Assembly: GCA_036490875.1 (NCBI GenBank)
Contig: DASXDA010000001.1
Location: 3,402-67,401 of the forward strand
DNA: 64,000 nucleotides
Direction of reading: 5' to 3'
Source of the DNA: Solirubrobacteraceae bacterium
GTDB taxonomy: Bacteria; Actinomycetota; Thermoleophilia; Solirubrobacterales; Solirubrobacteraceae
This document shows, in pieces, positions 1 to 9,900 of this stretch. The notes under the pieces were generated by a model, which had not been told where the DNA came from, searched no databases, and saw only the letters and a list, made by a program, of their open reading frames with translations. The first letter of the stretch is position 1; the number at the start of each line of letters is the position of its first letter. Position numbers and translations under genes: made by a program.

Positions 1-144
1 GTAGAGGATCCGCAGCAGAAACGCGGTCACCGTGATGCCCAGCAGCCACGGCCAGAACGTCGCCGCGGAGGGCCTGACGGCTTCCCATTGGGGCGGCTGG
101 CGGGCCACCGGCGAGGGCAAGGGGCGATGACTTGTCGCGGTCAC
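1..144 (-). CDS. 5' part of a membrane protein, possibly GT-C/ArnT-PMT-like glycosyltransferase (runs off window start)
   Basis: Read by hand: GTG at 144 overlaps the TGA of the methyltransferase (GTGA); VTATSHRPLPSP...FWPWLLGITVTAFLLRILY looks like a first TM helix. Confidence 0.55.
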   Translation of the reverse strand, partial: MTATSHRPLPSPVARQPPQWEAVRPSAATFWPWLLGITVTAFLLRILY

Positions 145-920
145 CGCGTCACGTAGTAGACGTTCTCTTTGACCGCGGCGACCGCCGAGGAGCTGGCGGT
201 CACGACGTCCAGCACCGTGGCCCCGCATGACTGCAGCCAGGCGGCGACGCGTGGGGCGGGCACCGACAGCATCCTGTTCGGATGCAGCCCCAGCCGCCAA
301 TACAGCGTGCGAGCGGGAAGCCCGGCGCGCCGCATCAAGCGATACGCGCTCCGGCGTGGCTGGATGCGCACCGCGAGCGGCAGCGAGGCGGGCAGCTGAA
401 ACACCAGCAGGCCGCCCGGCCTGAGCACGCGCACGAACTCGCCCAGGTAGCCCTGCACCGTACGCCGATCGGGCAGGTGCTGGAGCACGATGTCGCAGGC
501 GACGAGATCGAACGTCGCATCCCGAAACACCGCGAGGTCAGGCCGGGTGTTGCACCTGAACTCGGCGTTGGCGACGTCGCCGTTGAACTCGCGCGCACGC
601 TCGACCATCGTCGCTGAGATGTCGAGCCCCGTCACGCTGTCGAAGTGCGGAGCCAGGGCGCGGGTGAGACGCCCGATTCCGCAGCCGAAGTCGAGCGCCG
701 TCTGGTGTCCGGCCGGCCGCGCGAATGCCAATCCGTGCGTGAGGAACTCATCCACGCGCTCGTCGCCGTGGCGGAAGAAGTCGCGCTTGCTCCAGCGGCC
801 GTACTTGCCTTCCGGATAGGCGAGGATCGCCCACATAGGATCCTGATTGGCGATCTCGTCCCAGCGCTCGCCCTCTCGAGCCACCTTCACGAGCGGTTGG
901 CCCCCGTTGCTCCGAGCCAT
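141..920 (-). CDS. Class I SAM-dependent methyltransferase
   Basis: ALDFGCGIGRL motif I, GLDIS, FDLV...VLQH, RVLRPGG. Confidence 0.9.
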   Translation of the reverse strand: MARSNGGQPLVKVAREGERWDEIANQDPMWAILAYPEGKYGRWSKRDFFRHGDERVDEFLTHGLAFARPAGHQTALDFGCGIGRLTRALAPHFDSVTGLDISATMVERAREFNGDVANAEFRCNTRPDLAVFRDATFDLVACDIVLQHLPDRRTVQGYLGEFVRVLRPGGLLVFQLPASLPLAVRIQPRRSAYRLMRRAGLPARTLYWRLGLHPNRMLSVPAPRVAAWLQSCGATVLDVVTASSSAVAAVKENVYYVTR

Positions 921-3900
921 TACACGCGCGATCCTATCCGTGTGGGTGTGGGCTGCTTGGCGCCTTCGCGTGCTCGCCGCCTAACGCGGTGCCGGCGGGT
1001 GCGGGCTCGACGCCGCCCACGTAGCGCGCCGGCCTGAAGCACCGCGGCCGCCACTAGCGCGCAGAGCACCCCCGCGCCGATCCAGTGAGCGAGGATCTGG
1101 TGGAGCGAGAAATAGAACGAGAAGCCGCCGTAGTTGTGCGCCGGGCGAAAGACGTAAAGGCCCGCAATCACCAGCACTCCGGCCATCGATATCCCCGTCA
1201 ACCTCCTGACGCTGACCCCCGTGAGCAGGAGCACGGCTGTGAGCGGCCCGGCGACGACCCCAAAGCGAATAGCGAACACGAACCCGGTGAGCGCGCCGAC
1301 GCCGATTCCCAACGCCAGGGCACCACGCAGTCCGAGCCTGATCACCCCCAGGTCGGCTGTGCTCTGCGTGTAGTTCGGTATCGGCCGGGCCGCGGGCGCT
1401 GGCTCCAGCCGGGCGCGGCGCCGCACCCGCACGCGGGCGCGCTGCGGCAGCTTCATGCCCAGCGCCAGTGCGATCAGCACCACGATCGCCACGGCCGAGA
1501 GGCCGTAGATCGCGTTCACCGTGCTCTGTGGCGTAAATGCCATGCGCGCCGAGATGCACGTGGGCCCGACTCGCCAGCCGTTGGCGAATCCGTCGATCGG
1601 CAGCGCCGAGCCGAGCGCCCGCTCATGTCCCGCCCGGTCGCTACACCAGGCTTGCCAACCGGGCGAATAGCTCTCACCAAGCACGAGCCAGCCTGGCGCG
1701 CCGCCCGCCAGCCGCACCCCAGTCTGGCTCCCCTGAGCAGAGGAGCCGGCGCTCGTCAGCCTCGGAGCGGCGGCCGCGGCGAGTGGATCTGGAGCCGGCG
1801 AGTTGAGCACGATGTGATCCGCCTGCATGACCCGACCGGCCGGCGCGTACACGAGGTTGGTCCCCGCGTGAAGTTTGAGCCCGCGACTGCCTACGCACGA
1901 CCGCAGAGGCAGCGGGTCGCCACGATCGAGCGCGGCGAAAGTGCCGTACACCTGCGCCGGCTGAGCCGCCCCGTCAGCGATAACCGACAGCGCGCCGCAG
2001 GCGGTCTCGAAGCCTCCCCGCCGCGAGAGGGAAGCTGGAGCGAGGCCGGGCACGCGAATCTCAGCGATTGCGACCCCGTCGAGATAGCGCGTGAAATGGG
2101 TCTTGCCGATCGGTGCCCGAACGTCGAGGACGGTCAGCCGCACAGTGCGGGCCCGAATCGGATGAGACAGCGCGACGGTTCCGTCCTGGGCGACGGCAGC
2201 GACATGCGGGTTGCCTCCCGGCGCCGTAACGCGCACCTGGGTGGGGAACTCGTACCGGGAGGCGCCAGGGACGAGTTGGAGCCGGCGGATCGTCAGCCGC
2301 CTTGGGCTCGACCACTGGATCCAGGGCAATGCCTGCCGGGGCACGAAATGCGAGACCCACGCCGTGCTCGGATCGTTGTCGAACGCCGACGAGGCTCGGT
2401 TGATCGGGCGACCCTCGAACCGTTGGGAAGAGGAGAACTGCCAACCGCGGGGCACATGTGCGAGCTGGTCCAACAGCGGGCCGGGCGCCGCACCGCGCAC
2501 GCTTGCCCAGCCCGAGAAAGTGAACCGGCGGGCCTCCGGAAGCGTGACAACGCGCCGGATGTCGGACTCGGCGTCGGCTGCGTGAACCATTGACCCGGCC
2601 TGAAGGCTCGCGGGCGCCGTCTGCTCCCGGTAGGGGAAATCAGCCGTCGTACGAGCGAGCAGGATCGAAATCTCGTTGTGACGGAGGTCAAGGCCACGAG
2701 TCCTGGCCGTCAAGTCGGTGGGCAGCCGCAGCGCGCGAGAAACCTTCAGCCCGGGTATCTGGAGCTCCGAGATCCCACCGGCGGTGCCAAGCCCGAGCGA
2801 CCCGATGATCCTCACCCTGAGCTCGCGGAGTCCGACGGCGCCGACCGGAAGGGTGTTCCACCCCGACGTCAGCCTGAAGTTCTGCTCTGGTCCGCTGTTG
2901 ACGCTGATCGCGACCCGTAACGTGACCCCGAGCCGCTCATCCAGCGGATGGATGCGGATCGCCCCGACGAGCAGCGGGCGGCTCATCTTGAGGTCGATGT
3001 ACCGCTCGGACGGAGGCGAGGCCGGGTCGGCGACCCACGCGGTGTCGAGATGGCCGTCGAGCGCGGCGTAGGGGGCGTCCTCGGGGGAGATCGCGTCCGC
3101 CGCGTGGAGCCCGGGGGTGCGCAGCGAGTCCAGACCGCTGTAAACCGTGACGGTCTGTCCGGAGGCGCCACGCGCTGGGAACAGGTCGTAATGGGGGGTC
3201 TCCGGATTGATCGGGTCTCGCGCCTCCAGCGTCGGCCCGACGTTCTCGCTCACCGACGCAGAGGCAAGAATCTGCCGGCGGTTTGAATCGCTGAACACGA
3301 GACGCGCCCCGGAGGCGACGAGCTGGCCGATCGTGCGAGAGGTGAGGTCTCCCGAATACACGAGCGCACGCGACGGATTGAGCATGTGATCGGCGGCGAG
3401 CTGCACGATTCCACTGGCGTCGCCGTCGAGGATCGTCGTGTCCGCCAGCGGATGGACGCGGACAACCCCCGCGCTTGTTTTGGGCAACGAATACCGCCGG
3501 ACGTCGGGAAGCGAGACCGGCGGCCCGTCGCGACCGGGCATCGGCGTGAACGACCGCGATCGCCCGTAGCTCTGCGCCGGATGTTGGAACGGCCGCTGCT
3601 CACGCAGCGCATCCGCCGCGTCGGCCGGGTCGACCGACCCGGAAGCCGCAACGTTGTAGTCCGTCGGCACGAGCACCGCGCCGACGCCAAGCAGCTGGAG
3701 CAGCGGCTCGAGCTGCCCGGGCACGAGCCGGTCCTGCTGTACGAGATCATCGATGGCCGTCTGGAGCTGGCTGGAGTGGGGATCGGCGAAGCGCGCGAGC
3801 TCGCGCACGGTGACCCTGCGCGGCGTCAGGAACGGGGCCACCGAGTCATCCGTGTCGCCCCACCGGTACCACGCAAACAGTGCCCCCGGAAGGATCATGA

Positions 3901-5311
3901 TCCGCTGGTTCGAGGTCGTTGCGCTGGTCGCGCCGCGCACTGCCGCCCGCCAGTAGTGGGGCACGGAGCCGTACGCGTTCTGGCGATCGACCGTGCTCCC
4001 GGTGAACAGCGGCAACCCCCACAGAATCGGCACCGCGGCCAGCGGAGCGAGCGCCCACGCGGGAATCCGACGGCGCCAGAGCCGGAGGCCGGTGGAGCTT
4101 CGAGCCCGGTGGACGACCTGCTCGCCCCACAGTCCGGCGAGGCAGGCGATCGGCAGCGCCACGAGTGGCGCCGCCTTCCACGTCGTCCGCAGCGCTTGAA
4201 CCAGGCCCGACTGGTAGTAGACGGAGACGAAGATCCGGTTCAAGGGACTGCCCGGCGGAAAGCCGAGTGACATCGCAGTCACCCCGGTGGCGAGGAGCAG
4301 CAGCATGAAAGGCGCGTAGCTCCAGCGCCGGCTCCGGCCAAAGCCGGCGATCGCGGCCAGCGGCACGAGGAAGGTGGCCAGGATCACGGCGGGGTCAAAC
4401 AGGTAGGTACGGACGGAGCCGACTGACGGGCCGGCCGGGCCGCCGAAGTAGGCAAACCAGAATCCGAGCAGCCGCAGCGACTCCGAGACACTCGGTGTGG
4501 TGAGGATGCCGGTGGGCTGTTCGGTGAACGGGAGCGGATTGGTGCCGTATTGCGACTGCAGCACCACCGGGATCACCCACCACAACGAGACCGCCAAGGT
4601 GCAGACGACCGCACGGAGCGCAAACGCGCCGGCGTCCCGCCAGCTCGCCGCGCGCACCACCACCACCTCGTACACGAGGAACGCGGGCGGCACGAGCAGG
4701 ATCCAGAAGATCAACGCCGCGTTCGCGCCGCCGTTGGCCACGCAGACCAACAGGCCCACCACCGCGGGCCATCGCCACCCTCGCGGGTTACGGATCCCGC
4801 GATGAGTCGCCACGAGCAACCACGGCAAGGCGGCATACATCAGCAGCCACACGGATGTCCGCCCGATGACGATGACGACGTACGGGTTGGCGATGAAGAG
4901 GACCGCAGCGACCGTCTGGGCGATCCAGGACACGCCCGGCCGCAGCTGTCGCAGCAGCACCATCACCCCTAGCCCGGCGGCCGCCAGCAGGCTGCCCATC
5001 CAGATCCGCTCGGCGATCCAGGTGCTCAGACCGATCGCGTGGGCAAACGCGTACCACGGCGCCATCGGAACGAGGTAGCCGACAAACTGTCCCCCCTGGA
5101 AGTGACCGAGGTCGCCCGTCGAGGACCAGAGCGACGCAACCGAGTGCAGGAACCGGACGGGGTCGAGCGTGAGCTCGACCCGGGTGTCCAGGAACACCTG
5201 GCCCGGCCGCTGCACGAACGCGAGCACGTAAGACAGCGCGACGATCGCACCCGCCGGTGCGAGACTCCTCGTCCGGTTAGACGAGGTCAGCAAACGGCCC
5301 CCGGCGTTCAT
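920..5311 (-). CDS. Alpha-(1->3)-arabinofuranosyltransferase AftD-like (DUF3367) GT-C protein with CBM/discoidin-like extracellular domains
   Basis: 1463 aa; DTRVELTLDP, GHFQGGQFVGYLVPMAP, ~13 N-terminal TMs, DSNRR, two DGxxxTAW-type discoidin-like motifs, C-terminal DGFANGW plus TMs. Confidence 0.85.
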   Translation of the reverse strand: MNAGGRLLTSSNRTRSLAPAGAIVALSYVLAFVQRPGQVFLDTRVELTLDPVRFLHSVASLWSSTGDLGHFQGGQFVGYLVPMAPWYAFAHAIGLSTWIAERIWMGSLLAAAGLGVMVLLRQLRPGVSWIAQTVAAVLFIANPYVVIVIGRTSVWLLMYAALPWLLVATHRGIRNPRGWRWPAVVGLLVCVANGGANAALIFWILLVPPAFLVYEVVVVRAASWRDAGAFALRAVVCTLAVSLWWVIPVVLQSQYGTNPLPFTEQPTGILTTPSVSESLRLLGFWFAYFGGPAGPSVGSVRTYLFDPAVILATFLVPLAAIAGFGRSRRWSYAPFMLLLLATGVTAMSLGFPPGSPLNRIFVSVYYQSGLVQALRTTWKAAPLVALPIACLAGLWGEQVVHRARSSTGLRLWRRRIPAWALAPLAAVPILWGLPLFTGSTVDRQNAYGSVPHYWRAAVRGATSATTSNQRIMILPGALFAWYRWGDTDDSVAPFLTPRRVTVRELARFADPHSSQLQTAIDDLVQQDRLVPGQLEPLLQLLGVGAVLVPTDYNVAASGSVDPADAADALREQRPFQHPAQSYGRSRSFTPMPGRDGPPVSLPDVRRYSLPKTSAGVVRVHPLADTTILDGDASGIVQLAADHMLNPSRALVYSGDLTSRTIGQLVASGARLVFSDSNRRQILASASVSENVGPTLEARDPINPETPHYDLFPARGASGQTVTVYSGLDSLRTPGLHAADAISPEDAPYAALDGHLDTAWVADPASPPSERYIDLKMSRPLLVGAIRIHPLDERLGVTLRVAISVNSGPEQNFRLTSGWNTLPVGAVGLRELRVRIIGSLGLGTAGGISELQIPGLKVSRALRLPTDLTARTRGLDLRHNEISILLARTTADFPYREQTAPASLQAGSMVHAADAESDIRRVVTLPEARRFTFSGWASVRGAAPGPLLDQLAHVPRGWQFSSSQRFEGRPINRASSAFDNDPSTAWVSHFVPRQALPWIQWSSPRRLTIRRLQLVPGASRYEFPTQVRVTAPGGNPHVAAVAQDGTVALSHPIRARTVRLTVLDVRAPIGKTHFTRYLDGVAIAEIRVPGLAPASLSRRGGFETACGALSVIADGAAQPAQVYGTFAALDRGDPLPLRSCVGSRGLKLHAGTNLVYAPAGRVMQADHIVLNSPAPDPLAAAAAPRLTSAGSSAQGSQTGVRLAGGAPGWLVLGESYSPGWQAWCSDRAGHERALGSALPIDGFANGWRVGPTCISARMAFTPQSTVNAIYGLSAVAIVVLIALALGMKLPQRARVRVRRRARLEPAPAARPIPNYTQSTADLGVIRLGLRGALALGIGVGALTGFVFAIRFGVVAGPLTAVLLLTGVSVRRLTGISMAGVLVIAGLYVFRPAHNYGGFSFYFSLHQILAHWIGAGVLCALVAAAVLQAGALRGRRRARTRRHRVRRRAREGAKQPTPTRIGSRV

Positions 5312-5503
5312 GCCAAGACGCAGATTACCCGGGATAGCCGCGCGTTCGGCCGAGCCGCCATGATGGGTAGCATCCCATGACGTGAGAGCCGATCCGGTGG
5401 AAGAAGGGTCCGGCGCAAAGTGGCGGTTGTCGAAAGCGCGTGCGGGGGCGCTCGGCTTCTGAGCAGGGACAAGCTCACGAGGGGCCGCGCCTGCGGGCGA
5501 CGG

Positions 5504-6997
5504 GTGAATCGCTCACGCCGCCGACAACTGGCGCTCGGCGTTCTTGCCGCTGGGCTGACGGGCTTCACGCTTCGTCGCGAGATCGGGCCTCACGACGAGG
5601 GGCTCATGCTGCAGGCCGCGGCGCGGCTTGCCCGCGGGCAGCAGCCGTATCGCGACTTCCGGCTGAACTACCCGCCGGGGCAGCCGCTCGCGCTCTCAGC
5701 GCTTTACCGAGCCGTGGGCCCGTCGCTCATCGCTTGGCGGGTGATGCGGGTGGGGGTCGACGCCTGCGTCAGCGTGCTCGCGTACCGGCTGGCCCGGCGA
5801 GCGACCGGCGAGCCGCTCGCGCTCGCGGCGTGGCTGGGGACCGCCGGTGCGATGGCGTTCCCGACCGGCGCCGGTCCGAATCCTCCGGCCCAGGCACTGT
5901 CGCTCGGCGCGGTCCTGCTGGCACGTTCCCGGCCCGTCGGCGCGGGCGCCCTCGCGGGCGCCGCGAGCGTATTTCGGCTCGAGATGGGCGCGGCCGCCCT
6001 CACAGGCGTCGTGATCGCCGCCCAGCCGGAGCAGCGATCGCGCTCGGCGGTCGCCGCACTGTTCGTCGCGGCCGCGGGGCTGGTGCCGTTCGCCGTCGCC
6101 GCCCCTCGCGAGATGCTCGAGGACACGATCGGGTTCTTCCGGATCCAGCCAATGCAGCGGCTCCCGCTCCCGCTCCGATTCGCCGGTCCATGGCGCCCCA
6201 GCAAGGTGATCGAGTTCTACATGCCGGTAATCCTGTTCGGAGGGTTTGGCTCGTGGCTAATAGCGACCGCGACGTCGCGGTCCTGCGACCGGGAGACCGT
6301 CGCCCTCGCGCCGCTGGCGTTCGTCGGCGCTGGCTACCTTCGCGCACGCATCGACGAATTCCACCTCGTGCCGCTCGCGGCGACGCTACCGACGATGCTC
6401 GCTCGGACAGCGGCGGCGGAGCGCCGCCCGGGCTGGAGGACTGCGTTGCTCGCTTCGCTCGCCCTGATCGTGATGCACGGGCTCGGTCGCAAGGCCGGGC
6501 AGGCGCTCCACCCGCCGCCGCTCGCGCCGGTGCCCGGGCCAGCGGGCGCAGGTGTCATGACCTCGCCCGATGATGCGCGCGAGCTGGCCGGCGTGATCGC
6601 TTCCGTGCAGGAGCTGACCGCTCCCGCCGAGTCGGTATTTGTCGCCAACCCGCGCCACGACCTCGTCCGCGTCGGTAATCCACTCCTGTATGCATTGCTC
6701 GGGCGGCCCAATCCGACGCGGTATGACGTCATGCAACCGGGTGTCGTCACCACCGGCGAGGTGCAGCAAGAGATCATCGGCGCGCTCGCCGGGACGCGTG
6801 TCGTCGTGCGCTGGATCCATCCGACTGCGTGCGAGCCCGAGCCCAACGGCGCTGGCCGCTCTAGCGGGGTCGAGATTCTGGATCAGTATCTCGACGCGCA
6901 CTTCAGGCGGCACTCGCAGCATGGGAACTACGAAGTGCTCACGCGAGCGATCAGCTCGCATGGTCCGGCGAGCCGCGAGCTACGCGGGCCTCGATGA
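5504..6997 (+). CDS. GT-C fold (ArnT/PMT-like) polytopic glycosyltransferase
   Basis: HDEGLMLQAAARLARGQQPYRDFRLNYPPG in the first external loop, then multiple TMs; GTG 5504 preferred over ORF start 5420. Confidence 0.7.
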   Translation: MNRSRRRQLALGVLAAGLTGFTLRREIGPHDEGLMLQAAARLARGQQPYRDFRLNYPPGQPLALSALYRAVGPSLIAWRVMRVGVDACVSVLAYRLARRATGEPLALAAWLGTAGAMAFPTGAGPNPPAQALSLGAVLLARSRPVGAGALAGAASVFRLEMGAAALTGVVIAAQPEQRSRSAVAALFVAAAGLVPFAVAAPREMLEDTIGFFRIQPMQRLPLPLRFAGPWRPSKVIEFYMPVILFGGFGSWLIATATSRSCDRETVALAPLAFVGAGYLRARIDEFHLVPLAATLPTMLARTAAAERRPGWRTALLASLALIVMHGLGRKAGQALHPPPLAPVPGPAGAGVMTSPDDARELAGVIASVQELTAPAESVFVANPRHDLVRVGNPLLYALLGRPNPTRYDVMQPGVVTTGEVQQEIIGALAGTRVVVRWIHPTACEPEPNGAGRSSGVEILDQYLDAHFRRHSQHGNYEVLTRAISSHGPASRELRGPR

Positions 6998-9900
6998 GCG
7001 TCCTCGCCAGCGCCACCACCAGCAGCACGATCGCCGCAACCCCGACCCAGTGCGCCGCGATCAGGTCGATCGCGTAGGTGAAGTCGTAGCCACCCTGGTT
7101 GGGCGGCAGGTCGAGCAAATAGATCGCGGGGACGACCACCACCAGGAGCGCACCGGCGGCGAGGATCAGCGCCCGGACCGATATCCCGCGCCCGGCGATC
7201 ACCGCGACCACCGGGCCGATCACGAGTCCGGAGCGGATGCTGAAGATGAAGCCGAGCACCACCCCTGCGAGCAGCCCGAGCCCGATCGCCGCTCGGGTCG
7301 GCACTCGCGGTCGCCGCGCCGCGACCGGCAGCCGGGCGGCCTCCGGCGGGGCGCTCGCCGGTGCTCGGCGGAACAGGAGCAGCGCCAGGCACGCGATCGC
7401 CACCGCCGCCGAGAGCGCATACAGCCACACCATCGTGCGCTGTGGCGCGAACGTGAAGCTGACGGCCTGGCAGCCTGCCGGCGCACTCCATCCGTTCGCG
7501 TAGCCGTCGATGACCACCGGCGAGCCGAGCGAACGGCCGTCGCAGCTCGCACGCCAGCCGCTGTCGTACGACTCGCCGAGAACCAGCCACGATCGATCGC
7601 GTAGCTCTACCCGGACTCCGGTGACTGAGGTCCTGCCGATGTGGCCGGCGTCGAGCACGCGTCCGCCTCCGGAAGCAGCCGGGATCCCGGCCGGCGCCGG
7701 CGAACCGAGTCGCAGCCAGTTGAACCGGAACACGCCCGAGCCAGCGGTCAGCAACTGGAGCCCAGAGGCGAGCGCCACCGGCGGCGAGCACTGGGTGGCG
7801 CGTAGCGCGCCACCCCTGTCGAGGTTCGGGACGCCGCCGATCACGCGGAGCGCTACCCGCCGGCCGCCCACGGTGAACGCCGCGATCCCGCATCCCGCGT
7901 GCAGCGGACCCCGTCGCGGCACGATCATCCGCTCCACGCCGGCGCCTTCGATCTCACCGATCCCGACCGCGCGCCGTGCCCGCACGCCTGCCGAGGCGAA
8001 TTCCGGGGGCACGCGAGTCTTGAGGACCTCGAGACGAAAGCGGCGCCCGTACAGCGGGACCAGGAACCTCACGGAGCCGTCCGGGCTGACCGGCGCGACT
8101 GCGCCGGCGCGTCCGTCGACCGACAGAGCCACGCGCGCCGGCACCTGAACCGGGAACGCCGGCACCGTCAGCTGCAGCCGGCTCACGGTTGCCGGGCGCG
8201 GCACCTGCCATTCGATCCAGGGGCGCGATCCTGGATCGAGCTCGCCGACCCACGCGGTCGAGCCGGCTCCGTCGAACGCGCTCGACGCACGGAAGCGGCC
8301 CTCGTTGAGGAAGCGGCCCGAGGAGTCGGCGACCACCGGCCCGGGATACCCCGCGAGCCGGTCGAGCTCGCTGTCAAGCGTGAGCGGCGACAGGGACAGC
8401 CAAGCACCCGCGCTCCAGCTTCGAGCGGCGGGTGGGGTGAACAGACGCGCCAGGCCAGTTTCGCCGTCGCCGGCGTCGCGCGTGGATCCCGCCTGCCACG
8501 CGCCGTGCCCCCGCATCCGGTGCAGCGGATCATCCCCCGTGGTCCGCTCGAACAGGTACGTGAGCCCAACGTGGCCCAGATCGTGTCCCGCGAGCTCATG
8601 CTCCGCCAGAACCGGCGCGCGCAGTGCCTCGCTCACGTGCAGCCCGGGGACTCGTATCTCGGCCAGACCGCCGGCGCCGCCCGGTACGTCGTGCGGCGTC
8701 CCCACCGCCGCCATCCGCACCCGCAGCGCGCGCACGTTTCGGAGGTCGAGGACGAGGTGATTCCACCCCGGATGCACCGCGAACCGGCGCCCGGCAACCT
8801 CGACCGCGTGCACCGTTGCCCGGCTGTCGTTGTAAGGGAGGATGTCGATGAACGGGACGTCGCGGGGAGACGTGAATCCGACCTCGATCCACCGTTGTAA
8901 GGGATCGAGGCTGTGGTCGGCCAGCCAGGCGGTCGATGGCGAGGAGTCGAACGCGGCGAACGGGCGGTGCTCCGGGAACAGCACGAACCCCGGTGAGTAA
9001 GGAGCGCGGATGTAGCTCGCTCCCTTCAGGAACTGGACGGTCTGATCGTCGCTACCCCGAGCAGCGAACGGGTCGAGGATGGCGGCGTCGGCGGAGAACG
9101 AGTCGTTCGCACCGACTGTCGGCCCGAGGTTCTGGTCGGCGAGCGAGTTGACGAATACGCGCCGGCGGTTCGAGTCGGTGATCACGACCTGCGCACCGCC
9201 CGCCGTGAGCGCGCTCAGCTTTGCCCCGGAGAGGTCGCCTGCGTAGAACATCGGAGCCTGGGCGGCCAGCCCTCCGAACGCCGCGAGCCCAGCGAGACCC
9301 TCCGCCGAGCCGTCGATGATCGTTGGCGGTCCTGCCGGCCTGACCCCCACCATGCCGGCGCTCGAGCTGAGGTCATAGCGCCTCACCTCGGGAAGGCGCA
9401 TCGCCGGGTAGACCTGGTCGGGCGGGGTCACGAACGTCCGCGACGGTCCATACGTGCGCGCCGGCTGGCCGAGTCCCTGGGCGGCGAGCTCGCTCGCGGC
9501 GGTGGTCGGGTCCACCGATCCGCTCCGCAGCCGGTCGTCGTCGGTGCCGGAGACCACCGCGCGGACGCCCATCAGCGACAGCAGCGGGCGCAGCTCGCCG
9601 GGATAGAGCCGCTGCTGCTGGACCAGCCGGTCAACGGTCCACAGCAGGTCGGTCGAGTGCAGGTTCGCCCAGGGCGTGATCGAACGCTGCGCGATCGGTC
9701 TCGAACTCAGGACCGGCAACACCGGGTCAACCGTGCCACCCCACGTGTAGTAGGAGAACAGCTGGCTCGGCAGCACGATCGCGCGGGAGTTGGCGGGCAG
9801 CTGACGGTCGAGGTCCGCGGCAGCCTGCCGCCATGCGGATGGAACACCTCGTGAGCGCAGACCGATCGCGTCCCCGCTCGTCAGCGGCCACGCGGCGAGG